From Cirrosporium novae-zelandiae (Eukaryota): a DNA stretch of 64,000 bases. Below are positions 13,061 to 26,357 of this stretch, one piece after another. The notes beneath the pieces are model-generated. The model was not told the origin of the DNA, did not search any database, and saw only the letters and a program-made list of their open reading frames with translations. Every line of letters begins with the position of its first letter. Within the stretch, counting starts at the first letter, position 1. Location of the stretch: positions 744,001-808,000 of the forward strand of contig JAPETS010000006.1 of assembly GCA_026023565.1 (NCBI GenBank). Direction: 5' to 3'. Both the position numbers and the translations under genes were made by a program.

Positions 13061-15604
13061 TCATTCATCAATCCTCCACCCGCTCGGCCTCCTCCAAGTA
13101 TACCCCATAAACGCGCCCCTCTTCCTCAGCTGCAAAACCCGCCTACCCACCTCCTCATCCCTCAAAGCCCTATCCCTAGGTCTCTTCTTACAAATCATAT
13201 CCCCCCTCGCCACCTTCCCACACGCTGCAAGCCTGGCCTTTTCCATCTCCAGCAACCGCTTCCTCTCTCTCCTAGCCATAGCAAGCTCAAGAGGGGAAGC
13301 ATCATCACCATCATCATCATCGCCAGGAGATGGTGGAATTTGCACATAGCTTCCCTTTATTGTGCCGTCCTCACTTGATGATTCCGAGTCGATGTCACTG
13401 ATTGGTTCGTCGTCGTCGTCGTCAAAGTATTTCGTGTCCTCCCAGTTCTTGACTCTAGGGACAAAGGGGGGTCTGGCTCTGTGTAGTTTATCCCACATCA
13501 AGTTGCGAAAGAATGGATGTGCCTTGATGTCCCTGGCGTCATCTGGGAAGACATGGAAACCTTGGAAATCAATTGCATCTCTATCTGCGCGTGTCTTGAA
13601 AATATGCGCCGGGGGACGGTTGATGTAATACGCTGTGTAATCATTTTGATCGTATGCCGATGAACATAGACGGTTTTCCCTATCCTGTAGAAGATGTAGG
13701 ATGAGGTCCATAGCAGCGGCCGAGACATTATGACCTTCAGAGTTCATAGGCTCTAATCTTAGGGTTGCTTTGTGACGCTACAGCACCTGTCAGTTATCAA
13801 GCAGAGTAATAATAAAAAAAAGTCAACCCCCCAAAGCAGCTTCTAGACATAAACATTCACTCACCAATATCTTTTCCTTAGTCTTTTGCCTATCATTGCA
13901 CACGAATGGCGTATAACCGTACAAACACTCAAAAAGAATGATACCAATACTCCACCAATCACACCGACCGTCATACCTTTCACCTCGAATAATCTCCGGA
14001 GCCATATACTGACTCGTTCCCACCATACTCTCCGCAAGTTTCCGTCTCCCTAACCGATCTCGTGCTTCTAGAAGCGATTCAGCGTCCGTCGGGCCGTCGT
14101 AACGATTGACAAGTTTATTCGAATTCCTCTGTCTAGGCGCAATAGCTTTTGCTAGATACGCATTCAATTCCCGTTTTGTATCCTCTTCTTGATCCACGAA
14201 ATCACCCGCAACTTTGATCCCCAACCTGTCCATAAGCCATGAGCGCTGATGCGTGTAATAGCTCTGGTCATGAGACCAATGGCCATCGAATGCGAGACCA
14301 AAATCAGATATCTTAAGGTGTCCCGAGGCTGATATCAAGAAGTTATCTGGCTTGACATCTCGGTGGATCCAGCGAAGGCGATGAGCTTCCTCAACACAAA
14401 GGATCATCTCTGCAATATAGAACCGAGCTACATTTTCAGACAAAACGCATTTTCGGATCAATAATCCCAGGAAGTCTCCCCCAACCATGTAATCCATCAC
14501 GAGATAGAGATGATTGGCATCCTGGAAACTTGCAATCAATGGAACAATCCACCGTGAGTTCGCCGAGGCTACTAAAAAATCTCTTTCAGCTCGTAGATGG
14601 CCTTCCTGACAATTGCGTAGCATATCGGATTTGCGAATAACCTTCATAGCATAAACCTCCTTTTTCATGTTCTTTAGACGAAGGACAGCCCCCGAAGTTC
14701 GTGTACTGGTATTAGCCATTGACCTTGTAGCGTTAGGCCCTCGTTTATTGGTATCAGTCGATTCTAAAAGAACACACCCAGACGGTCGTGTGCAGTTCTC
14801 ATCATCTGTCTCCACTGGAGTTATTGGGGCTAATAGATTATCCTTCTCTTTGACAAGCCGGACAACCCCAAAACTCCCTTTCCCAAGAACTGCAATGTTT
14901 TCAAAGCCAGCAATCGAGATGCCACCTCGAAGGGAGTTGGATCTTGCCTTTAGGACCCTTGTTTGACGAAGATATTCACTTTCTATGCGCGCCCATTCCT
15001 GTATTTCCAGAGCTGTCTGTTCTGGGGACATCTCTCTGCAAAGAAGTTTCGCTTCCAATTGTTTACGCCGCAACGAACGTGGACTTAAATTTTCACATAG
15101 GATGGAGCTGTAATGTGTTTCGAAGAAGATCTTTGCAGCAGATGCCAGCTCTACTGTAGTAATTGTAGGAGCCGTTGTCACAGTTTCTTCTAGGATAACA
15201 GTCATAGGATCTCGAGGGGTTCTGCTGCTTGGAGGGTGCCTTATCTCGGTCGCATATGGAGACTCCAAGCCTCCATCGAGGCTTCGGCCAAATACAGTTG
15301 GTATCACGGATTGTTTGGCACGCGCCTTATAGGTGTCAAGACTAACTGCAGAACGCAAGTTAGGCCGATGCAGTACAGAGGTTGCCACAATAGGTTCAAC
15401 GACAAATGTCTCATTATCGGTAGAATGGCGAACATGGAATACCTTGAGAGCCTCCACGAATCTGGAGCTATTTCGTCTCAGGCGGCCTATGAGCTTGGAT
15501 TTAGGGTCCTCACTTGAGGACGGAGGGCTAGGAAGGAAAATCTTGCCATTTCTTAAGAAAGTCATAGATCTCCATTGACTTTTAGTTTTCTGCGAATCAT
15601 TCAT
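13061..15604 (-). CDS. AGC/NDR-family Ser/Thr kinase (Cot1/Cbk1-related); intron 13864-13778; start codon uncertain
   Basis: LGKGSFGVV, YAMKVIRK, GHLRAERDFL, HRDVKPDN, DFG, long subdomain VII-VIII insert, SMVGTSQYMAPE, C-terminal hydrophobic motif AFMGYTW. Confidence 0.9.
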
Positions 15605-16243
15605 ACTGTATACTGGTTGTAGTAATGGGGCTGGAAAAATGGGAAAGCTGAAGTGATGGATCATGAGAAGATAAGAATCCAAGATGATGGACCGTCCATG
15701 AGCATTATCACAGGCGTGCCTACCGTATGCAGGTATTATGAAAATAGGGTAAGAAGGTGGATGCAATTGCCATTATTATCAGGCATCCTCGAAGGATATA
15801 TTTCGTGAATGTTAGCTATACCTCGTTGAATATCTGAGTTATTCTTGGAGGTTGATTCTCAATTTAATGACTGAGAATAAGGGGATAAATCATGGAAAAG
15901 ACAGGTGCTGGCAGACTCCTGCAATATGGGATTTTCATTCTCTTCGTTCATTGTAATTCCTTAGGTTAAAGATAATCTAGAATGTCAAACATGGTTGAAG
16001 ATGTCTCTGAAGATCACTTTCAATGATGTAACACAAATAACCTAGGCCATGGATAAAAGGAGCTGGAGATAACTTATCTGTGTTCTTGGCTGATTATTCT
16101 TAGGGTATTTGTACAGCGGATTCTTATATTTCAATGTCACACATATCAACCCGATATATCGTGAGTATAATATCGTAAACCTCCAACCGCTGATAACTCC
16201 TATGTATAATGCATGATTTTGTCCAAAGATCCGATGTTCTCAA

Positions 16244-19200
16244 TTAATCGAACACTATTTCTCCAATCTTCCTTTCCCTACCGGCCTCCTTGACGCCGTT
16301 TTCGACTTTCTTCATTACATCCTCCCACCACTCAATTTCCCCTTCAGCCTGCTGCTCAATGCACCATCTCAGCCATCTAACCACATTGACTGCCTTTTCC
16401 ACGTCTCTCTCTTCATTTACTACTCTCCCTAGATATTTCACTAGCGCCTCAACATCATCATCAAATGGTGCCTCTTCCCGAAACTCATCTACCCATTTCG
16501 ATACTGCATCTCGTAGTTCGGGTAAGGTGGATAGTTCCTGCGCAGTAAAAGTCGGTGGAGGGGGGCGAGGTGGGAGACGGACGACACGCTTAGGGTAGGA
16601 TGGTCCATTTTTAGGCTTCTGGAGTCTGGGGCGCGGAACTTTGAGTATGCGGGAAAGACGTTGTTGAGCGATGACTTCCTCGCGTATGTCTGGGGGGAGC
16701 GCCGCAAGGAAGTCGGCATCGATTTTATCTGTGTCCTCTGGGTTTTCTGGACGAGATATAAAGTTTGACTGGGTAAGGGTCGTGGTTGCAAATCCACCTT
16801 TCTTTGAGGATTTACCTCTAGGAAAGAGTAGATTCCCTCCTTGTCTCTTGGACAGAGTAGGTGGTTTACGAGTAGTCACACGCTGGTTCTTACGGGGTGT
16901 CTTGCGAGGTGATTGGGGGAATAGGGCTTGTCTATCGGGTTTCTGAGGAGAGTGATTCTGGTAATAAGCCAGAATTTCGGCCCGCATATCCTCAGGCAGA
17001 GCATTGAGTGTTTCCTTGTCAAGCTGGGATTCCGAGGGAGGAAATTCGGAGGGTATTGTTGGTGACTTTGGGCGAGATACGTTGAAAGGAGTGGCGGGGC
17101 GAGAAGAAATTGCCGATTGGGAATTCCGATGCCTTTGAGGCTGAAGGAGAGATCGAATATCAGGTGGTAGCTCAGCAATTACTTTTGGGTCTGCTTGCGT
17201 AGGGAGAATAAATTGGGTTCCCGTAATATTCAATGGCTTATCATCTTCGGGGCTTTTACTCTTACTAAGTTCTGTCACAACCACGGGATGTGGCGAAGAT
17301 TTCTTGCCTGAAGAAAGAGGCCCATGATCGTGGATTGGGTCGTGATTATTTTGACTATGCCGTTCTGGTCCGGCCGGCGTCTTTAATATCAGGAGCTTTT
17401 CGTCTATAATGGGATCCTCGTTTTTTTCTCCCTTTAGTTCTGCCCAAATAGGTCTCTTCGTTGACAAAGGTTTGGTACCAGTGGTATTATTATTTTGGCG
17501 AGACCGTATTGGAGTCTTGAATTGCAAACGCAGTTGGCTACCTTCTGGGGCTCCTTCTGACACCCCCTTGAGTGCCTCGAGTTTCGTCACCTGCAGGCCA
17601 ATACCTCGCAACTCCCCAGGAGAAAATCTAAAGCCTTTTAAAATCGAGATAGCTTCTCTTCCTAGTACTTCTTTCGCATTTGTTGCAATGCCCAGCACCA
17701 CGCTTTTATTGTAAACATCGCATTTGCCATGACCAAGGTGCTTAGGAGGGTCCAAAGGAGCATCGGCCGCTCTCCGCATTATTTTCATCGTCAGTTGGCG
17801 ACCTTTCACCTTTTGCTCGGCAAGTCGTCGATGTAGTTCATCGCACAATGACTGAACGAACTCGTCTGCCTGCTCCTGGGTAACAAAGCGAATGCCCCAA
17901 TTAACCTCAGCGGAAACAGATTTGCGGACGACCTGTTCTCCAACTTGTGTGTGGTCAATCCCTCTGGAATAGTCCCAGATCCTCTGGCCAGTCTTAGGTC
18001 CTAAGATATTCATCAAACGCTCCTTGGTTAGATTTCGGATATCCTTGACGAATTTGACGCCGATTTCTTCCATCTTTCCTCCAATACTATAAGCAACCCC
18101 GGGAAGATCTCGCACGGTTAACTCCCCAGTAAAGTCCAGTACTTCTTCCGGCTTTATTTGATATTGGCCTGCGGGCTTGGCCTTGCGCAACGCAACTTTA
18201 GCCAATAGAATATTTCCACCAATACCAACAGACACAGCACACCCAGTTCTTGATTTGACAATATTGCGAATGCTTTGGGCGATTTCGTCAGCCTTAGCTT
18301 GTTCGCGATAGATGGAACCTTCGCTGATACCTCGTGCTCCAGATCCACCTGCTAGCAAGCAGAGATCGGTAACATCCACGAGAGCCTCATCGATGCTAAC
18401 ACTCTGGACCAATCCACCAACATCAAGGATTGCCTCATAGAAATTGCGGCTTGCTTCCTCGTAAGCCTTGAAGTCATAAGGTAGAACCTTTAGGTCAGGA
18501 CAGAGCTCCTGAGCTCGTTTCATCCACATGCCATTCTTGACACCAAATTTGCGAGCTGGGTAATTACAACTTGCAATTTCTGATCCGGAGCCATTTCCAT
18601 GAGCCACGACAACTGGCTTATCTACATACTGCGGATGTGTTCGTAGAGAAACTGCTGCAAAGAAGCTGTCAAAATCGACATGTAATATATACATTCTTGA
18701 GCTAGCTGTTCGCTTTGGGTGGGTCTTTTGAGAGGGTGATCGCTCTGCTGCGAGGGCTTGCATTTGAGCTTTTAGGTCTGCCTTCCATGCCGATAGATGA
18801 TGCAGCCGTGATTCCCCATAATATTGTTTCAAGAATCCGGGGTTGGCTACGGTAGACTTCCAAACTTTAGGATCTGCTAAGAGTTTGGCATTATGCTCTT
18901 CCGCAGAAATGGGCATTTTCGATGGTAGGAATGGAGCACCATTATGGACTGAGGGTGATTGTCTATCAGCTTGCGGACCCAGTAAAGGAGATGGTACATA
19001 TTCGGTCATTAAGTCCTCCATAGAATCATCTTCCATGAAAGGGTCATCTAGCGGCATGTCAACATTAGCGTTGCTGAATTGAGACCTGGATTGCTTAGGA
19101 GAAGGCGTTCTATTATAGAGTAGAGCGTTTTCAGAAATAGTAGCCCTAGTGTCGCCTCCACCGATATCAGATATATTTTCTTCTAGGCTGATAGAATTAC

Positions 19201-19945
19201 TTCCTTCGTCCGCCACCTCCAGAACAGCTGTATAGTCACGCTCAGGAGGATCCTCAAATCCATCACCAAGAGATTGCCCCGAGCTTCCTGTAGCTTGCGA
19301 GTCATTGACATTTTTGAACTGGTTTTTATCCCAGCTGACATCGGATTGGTCTCTATACCCACTGCGCTGGCTATTTGTTTGACTGACAACCCTACCTTGT
19401 TGAAAGCCGAGGACTTTCTGGCTCGGCCCTTCGTCCACCACCCTATACGATGACCAAGGGAGTAATCGTCCAGCATTGATGCTGTCGACAACCCATGCTG
19501 GCTTTACGATACGATACTGGCGAAATTCTGTCTTCTTCTTAGGTGTCAGGGTACTGGCAATTATATGAGTGATCATAGTCTTCCCATCCAGATATTGAAG
19601 AAAGCCACCACCGTGACTAACAATCATATGGTGTAAATCATTGAGAGAAGGTTGAGTATATCCGTTTACATGCGCAACGATGCTTCGAAATATCTGCGGA
19701 TTGTTGGATGAGGATGCGCGCAGGTCTGCATCTAGATTCTGTAGCTTTATCTTCTTTCGACGAAAGTAATCACCGAAGCCTCCGAATTCTGATGCCCCAT
19801 ACTCATCGCCATCTTCGTTTTCAAACTTATCTAAGGGAGGCAAACAAGTTAGAAGCTCAGTCGTTTGCTTTTAAGATAATAGAAGCTCACGCTTTTCTAT
19901 GCGCCTCCTCACAGCACTAGAAGTTCGGTCCAATCGCGAACCCAT
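16244..19945 (-). CDS. REV1: Y-family translesion DNA polymerase Rev1 (BRCT, IMS, UBM repeats, CTD); intron 19890-19831
   Basis: DYFRRKKIKLQ, BRCT (VNGYTQP...THII...KPAWVVDS), SRLHHLS.WK, HVDFDSFF, SIDEA, UBM-like LPEDMRAEI / LPPDIREEV. Confidence 0.97.
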
Positions 19946-20401
19946 GATTCTAGGATTCCAGGTGAAAATGCCCCCAGGATGGGAGTATATCTTTTGTCAT
20001 ATTATATTATTCTTGACCCATGCCAAAAGGTTATAATTGGTTATGAAGAGGTGCATACTTTAATTGATCAAAGACCGACGCGCGGGTAATAATAATGACG
20101 CGCTGTCGTCGGAAAAGCATGCGCCGGAGATGGCCTAATCAAGTATAGTTCAATTTAGCGATACACAGCTGACAGGTACAGTAGAGGGAAAAGCTTAAAA
20201 ACTTTTAGAGCTTCACTGTTTAATTATTTAAAAAGTGTACTTTCCAACTTCAACCACTCCAAATTTTCTTCTCATCCTCTAAATTTTCTCTACTAGGTTC
20301 CATTCTTATCTTATATCGAGGATAATCACTCTTTGACTTAAGAAATCCATTTCTCTTACTTTTTCTAACTCTTAGAAGTTTCGCTGTTGAACCGCATCGC
20401 A

Positions 20402-22101
20402 ATGTCCGGCTTACACCCTGCGGCCATGTATGGCCTCAAAGTACCACCTGGGGGCATTCTAATTCCTGCAGCTAATGGAGATATATCTGCAATGGTATAT
20501 AGTCATTCTCATTGCTCATTCGTCTAGTATGCTAACTATCATAGTTCCGAATTACCATGGCTGCTATTGATCCATCAGCTGAACCAATAGTAGAGGAAAA
20601 TGTAAACGACCCCAAAGTTCCACGAGCTACCTTAAAGGTTATAAGACAACCATTGGATATGGACCTGGATGAGGATGATTCCGATGGTGAGTTTAAGCTT
20701 AGACCTACACCGATTCTTACTTAATGTTGATGCACTAACAACTATAGATGAGGATTACGACGAAGACGACGAAGATGATGAATCCTCTGATGATGAAGAG
20801 AAAAATGGTGGCCCAAGTGATCCGTCCAAAACTGTTAAGGCGCGATTAGCTAAACAGCTCGAAGATGAGATTGCCGGCAGCGACAGCGATGAGGACATGG
20901 ACATGAACACCCATTGTATAAACGGTACACTATCAAAAATGAAAGGCAAGGGCCGCGCGACCACCGATGATGAAGATTCGGAGGAAGTTGATGCCGAAGA
21001 GCTCGGTCTTGAGCAATTTGTTCTTTGCACCCTCGACCCCTCCAAGGTTGGTTCGTATCACACTTAAGAAAAGCCTTAAACTAAAATAATATTTTAGAAC
21101 TGGCAACAACCACTAGACCTAACATTCGGCGAACACGAACAAGTCTTCTTCGCTGTTTCAGGAACTCACGTCGTCTATCTTACTGGTAACTACGTTATCC
21201 CTCACAATGATGAGGAAGATGACTATGACAGCGACGAGGATGAGCTCGACTATAATCTTCCACCCGACGAGGACGAGCTTGATGAGGAGGAAAGCGAAGA
21301 CGAATTGGACGGTCTAGCAGACCCAAGAGTAACTGAAGCTGACTCCGAAGAAGAGCAAGTTACAATAAAACCAGTCAAGAAGGGTAAGAACAAGCGTACT
21401 GCTGATGAATCTGAGGACGAAGCTGCTCTCGACGACCTTATGGTGAAAGCGTTGAAGACCGAAAAAACCAAAGTGGATGGTGAGCAGAAGCTGAGTAAGA
21501 AACAACTGAAGAAACTGAAGAAAAACAACGGCGAAGCTGCAGCTGTTGAGGCCGCGAAGGGTTCCAAAGAAGCTGCACCCAAATCCGACAAGAAGGTTCA
21601 ATTTGCGAAGAATCTTGAACAGAAAGAACCGACGAAGAAAGAGCCTAAGAAAGATGCTGCGGCTGAATCCAAGCGTGATGCAAAGGCAAAGAAAGAAAAT
21701 GTCTGGGTTGTCAACGGACTAACGATTGACGAGAAAAAATCTGGAGAGGGACCAAAGGCAAAGAAAGGCGATAAACTTAGAATGCGGTATATCGGAAAAC
21801 TCCAAAAGGACGGCAAGGTGTTTGACTGTACGTCCAAACCTCCCCTCTTCATACTCTCCACAGTTTCTCAGGATCATGTTACTAACACCACACAGCAAAC
21901 AAAAAGGGCCCCGCCTTCTCCATGAAGCTCGGCACCGGTGAAGTCATCAAGGGCTGGGACATTGGTCTTCAGGGTATGCAAATCGGCGGCGAGCGACGGC
22001 TCACTATCCCCGCGAAACTCGGATACGGAAATCAAAAGATGCCTGGTATCCCCCCAAACTCGGACCTTGTGTTTGACGTGAAGCTTCTGTCAATTAATTG
22101 A
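20402..22101 (+). CDS. FPR3: Nucleolar FKBP-type PPIase / histone chaperone (nucleoplasmin-like N-terminus, acidic/basic middle, FKBP domain), Fpr3/Fpr4-like; introns 20495-20544, 20687-20747, 21047-21097, 21828-21895
   Basis: [85 protein letters not shown]. Confidence 0.92.
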
Positions 22102-23448
22102 TCACTCGGCCAATTGGGATGAAAGGAGTCACGTCATGTATGTTATATCTCGTCTGTTGGGCAGATCATACGTAGTAGGTAAATAGGTTTTAAAAAGGGT
22201 CGGGGGTTGCATAATTTTTCTATTGAGCACAATGGACTAGTTTGATTGGAGGGAATAATATTTAGGAACTAAAGGACAGTGATAATGCTCAAGCAGTATT
22301 CCCAGGGCCATTTCCAGATGTGTTTATGTGTTATACCGCCCTTGTATTTAGAATAGGGCCTGTTCTTTTTTCTTTGCTGTATTTCTACTTATCGGACGTA
22401 CGGTCAAACGCAAAAAAAAAGTATGTTTTCTCAAGTCCTTGATAAATATAGGTAGGTAGGTAACAACAACGGAACATAGATCTGTGAAGCAAGCCCTCAC
22501 CTAGGTCTCTTCTTCTTCTCCTTCCCTCAATTCCTTTTCTACTTACATCACCCCCTCACGCACGCACGCACATCCATCCATCCCCCATCCCCCATAAAAC
22601 ACATCTATGCATACTTACCAACCCTCAAAAACAAACCTTCCATATATTTATCTATTCTATGATAGAACCGACCCACGCAATCTACTCCTACTACTACAAA
22701 ATAAATCCCCTCCCCTCCTTTTTTTTTTCTTTTCTTTTCTCATATCCTACTACTAATGTTCTAATATTGGGGAGGAGGAGATATTATATTATACGAACGA
22801 ACCCCCCATACTGTTATAGTTCCCTATTAGGCTAGACCTTAGGGCACACACCCTAGGCTCACCTTAGCTTAGCTTAGCACTTCAACCAATACTTCATCCA
22901 CATTAGTCACAACCTAGATTATTCACCATATCCTAGGTGTCGTGACACATACGAAACCCATATGGGGGGGGAGGCTAAGGATGGGGTATATTTGGTATAT
23001 AAGGGATAGAGATGGTATACTGATAAGATGGATGGATGGATGGATTGATGGTGATAGGATAGTTAGGATAGTTAGGATAGTTAGGGTAGGTAATTAGCGC
23101 AACGGCAAGGACACACCTATATAGTGGGCTCCCACTCCACGGGTATATAGAATATGATATGATTTATGAAGACGTATATAACTGTACGGTTTGAGTTTGA
23201 ATTTGTGGTCGTAGTTTGTAAGTAAAGTAATGTAATATAGGGACTGGGAAAGCTAATTAACCTTTCTCTCACCTTAGATATGACATGACGTGCTTCCTCG
23301 TATATGTACATGTACCTTGGTTCCCTCACTTCCAAAGCTATATTTCCCCTAATCTCCATCCTCTCTGTCTCGCGCTCCCGCCCCGCCCCCCCTCCCCTGG
23401 GCCATTTATTCGTTATAGGCTTGCATAACTGAATGAATTTTTCACACC

Positions 23449-25816
23449 TTAGGTGTTGATGCTTTGCCAGCCCTCACTAGCCTCGATATTTCCCGTTTGA
23501 ACCAACAAATTCGGTTGCTCCATGTCTTTGAGCATAGATGAGTAGTCCTCTAAACATTTTAGAGTTGTGGGGTGATCTGAGCCAAGCGTCGTCTGGTAGC
23601 CTGAACAGGCTCTCCGATAAAGCAGAGAGGCATTGTCATACTGCTTTTGGTTATGCAAAGTGCAGGCAAGGTAAGAAATGCTTCCAAGTGTGTCCGGATG
23701 GTTTTTACCCAGTATTTTTTCTCGCAGTTCCAAAATCCGTCGGTGCATCTTTTCGGCTTCATCGTATTTGCCCTGATTATTTAATACTACTGCGAGATTA
23801 TTTATGCTCGTCAGTGTATCTGGATGTTTTTTACCCAATATTTCCTCTCGTAGCTCTAACACCTGCCGATGCATTGTTTCGGCCTCCTCGTATTTGCCCT
23901 GTCTGTATAGTACTGATGCTAAGTTATCCTTGCTCGTTAGCGTAGATCGATCCTCGGAGCCTAGCGCCCTATCTCTCCATAGCACAGCTTGCCTAGCCGG
24001 TGTCTTCGCGGAATCATAGAGGCCTCGGATTAGAAAATACCGAGAAACTCTGTAAGCCAAAGAAGCCCGAGAAAGGTCGTTTGCTGTTAAGGACTGTTCG
24101 TGGCTTAGAACAGCTTGGGGATGTGGCAAGTACAAGTCACACGTGTTCAAGGTTTCGTGTTCACCAGAAGGGAACTCGTTTGACATCAAGATCAAATTCC
24201 GTATAACCCAATACTTAAAATTGTTGTTTAGTCTCAACCAGTTACGGGTTGTTAGATGAACCAATTGATGTATATTAAATGCCATGCCATCCTGGCTCGC
24301 CGTGATCAATGAGTATGCTTTGAGAAGTCCTAAAGCATTTGAGAACTTCACTAAGGTTTCAGTTGATCGTAATACCGCTTTGGGGATACCTTGCCTGTCA
24401 AGGCAAGCCATAATAGATAGTAAGTTGGCGGCTAGAACATCAGATTCCCTAATCCGATTAAACGAAATTTCCCATATTGCGGCAATTGGGTTTTTTGCCT
24501 CAGAGTCTCTTGCAAGATCCTCAAAGTCTTGACTAAGAAGTTCTATTTTACAAGTCTCACTTTCCTTATACATCTGGAGGTATCCGTCAATTGGTATCGA
24601 ATTTTCGGCAATATATGACCCTGCCTGAGATATTGCAAGTGGTAGATACTCCAAGAGTTCAAGAAGCTCTATTATGTTATCTTGATTTGAGATATTTTCT
24701 CCTACACGTGCCTTGAGAAGGTCTTGTGCGTCAACAGAGCCCATTTTTGGTAAAAGAATAATACCACTAGCGGTGGCAAATTTGACCCCGGCCTTTTTGT
24801 TTCGCGTGGCGAAGATAATCGATCCATTTGGGCATTGTGGAAGAAAATTGGAAAGGTGGCTTGAGCCAGAAGGGTCAGTAGTCTTCCTTGATCCGAAAAA
24901 TGTATCGGCATCGTCTGCATTGTCAACAATCATCAACCATATACCAGATTCCTCACTACTAAGCCAGTTTTTGACAAGCTGTTTGATCTCCTCGTCAGGA
25001 TCATTGACTCTAGGCAATCTTGCATTTATACCGATCTGGCGATAGTCCTGCTCGAATCGCTGTGCATTGCTTGCGTGAACCCAGTAGACTGAGGTGTCCG
25101 GTAACTTTTCGTGATACCGGTACGCATATTCTAAAGCAATTTGTGACTTGCTATTAACAATTTTAGCAAAGCTTCTCAGAATAGATAAGAATGAAATCAA
25201 AGGTTTACTCTATGCCACCTAGTCCGACTAATGCAACACGATGGTGCTCTTTCCCATTCTCAAGTTTTGTATCAAGATCTTTGATATAAGCGCCTCGGCC
25301 AATGAATTGTAGATTCCTTGCGTAAGGCACCAAAAAGATAGCTTTAGTAGCACTCTCCGCTAGAGTCAATACTGGAGAGATTGCCGCTACAATTTATGCT
25401 GCCTGGGTTACCCCCTCCTCAACATAAGATAAAGTTAAAATCTCGATGTAATTCGAAATCGTTGTTGATATGGCCTTGATCTTTCCGTCTTGGCTCACGC
25501 TCAATACGGCCTTCCATGTTTGACTTCATTTTGAGGCTCCGTTCACTGGGATAATCTTTTTGAAAATAGCGTCCAATTCAGCAACCTTATCTTGGCAATC
25601 TTTGACGACGGGGAATAGTGCTTTGCATGAGGCTTCGTTTATTTGATGGGACTCTACTTGGCCTTTGGTTCTGCTAAGCACCTGGGCTAGGAGAGGAAGT
25701 GTGTTTTGGAAATCTCGAAATGCTGCGGGGAGCTGTTTAATATCACCGCCAAAGTCGACTAGTCCGATAATATTTGAAATGATACTAATGACAGCAAGAG
25801 CTTCGGCGCCTGACAT
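23449..25816 (-). pseudogene. Fungal NLR (SesA-like N-terminus, NB-ARC, TPR), apparently pseudogenised; intron 25208-25151
   Basis: MSGAEALAVISIISNIIGLVDF start; FLVPYARNLQFIGR; RVALVGLGGI(D)KSQIA; Walker B WLMIVDNADD; LPLAISQAG; HQLVH; 42-aa TPR units LGKKHPDTLTS..NLA. In-frame stops at 25526-25528 and 25394-25396. Confidence 0.85.
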
Positions 25817-26357
25817 TGCAGATATGGTTAATCAGAGTTCTGAGAGAATAGTGTTAGGCTTGATGCTCGAAAGTTAATGTTTAGGAAGAGAGGAGATCAG
25901 GCAACGACCCCCTCCAACCCCGCCATAGCTGCTAAGATGGCACGTAGGTACAATCCTTCAGCTAATTAGATAATTAGTTAGTTGACCGATAATAGGAATT
26001 AAATATTTCATGTTAATTAATTATAGTCTAATGTTAATAGTGAATATCGATATTCCCCCATCTATCTAATATTTATCCCTCACCCCTCTCCTGGGGCTCT
26101 TCCTTGATTTTGTTGGCTTGCATAGCAAATTATCTTTCACTTGGGGAGTAAAGGATAAGAAGGCTCTATTTGGTTAAGTGAAATCTTTCGTTGCCAGGTC
26201 TCCTCCGCCGTCGTTGTAATAGGACAGCTTGTCTAGTATATTACTACTCACTCGTTCACTTAATGAATAATCCCCCCAAACTCCCTCTACCCCGTTAAAT
26301 CAAGCAAATCCTTCATCTCGCACGTCCTCCTCCCATCTCCCCCACTACTCCACACTC

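Noticed and set aside
22611..22625. ATACTTACC resembling the U1 snRNA 5' end
   Set aside because: It continues as low-complexity sequence with no U1 stem-loops or Sm site.
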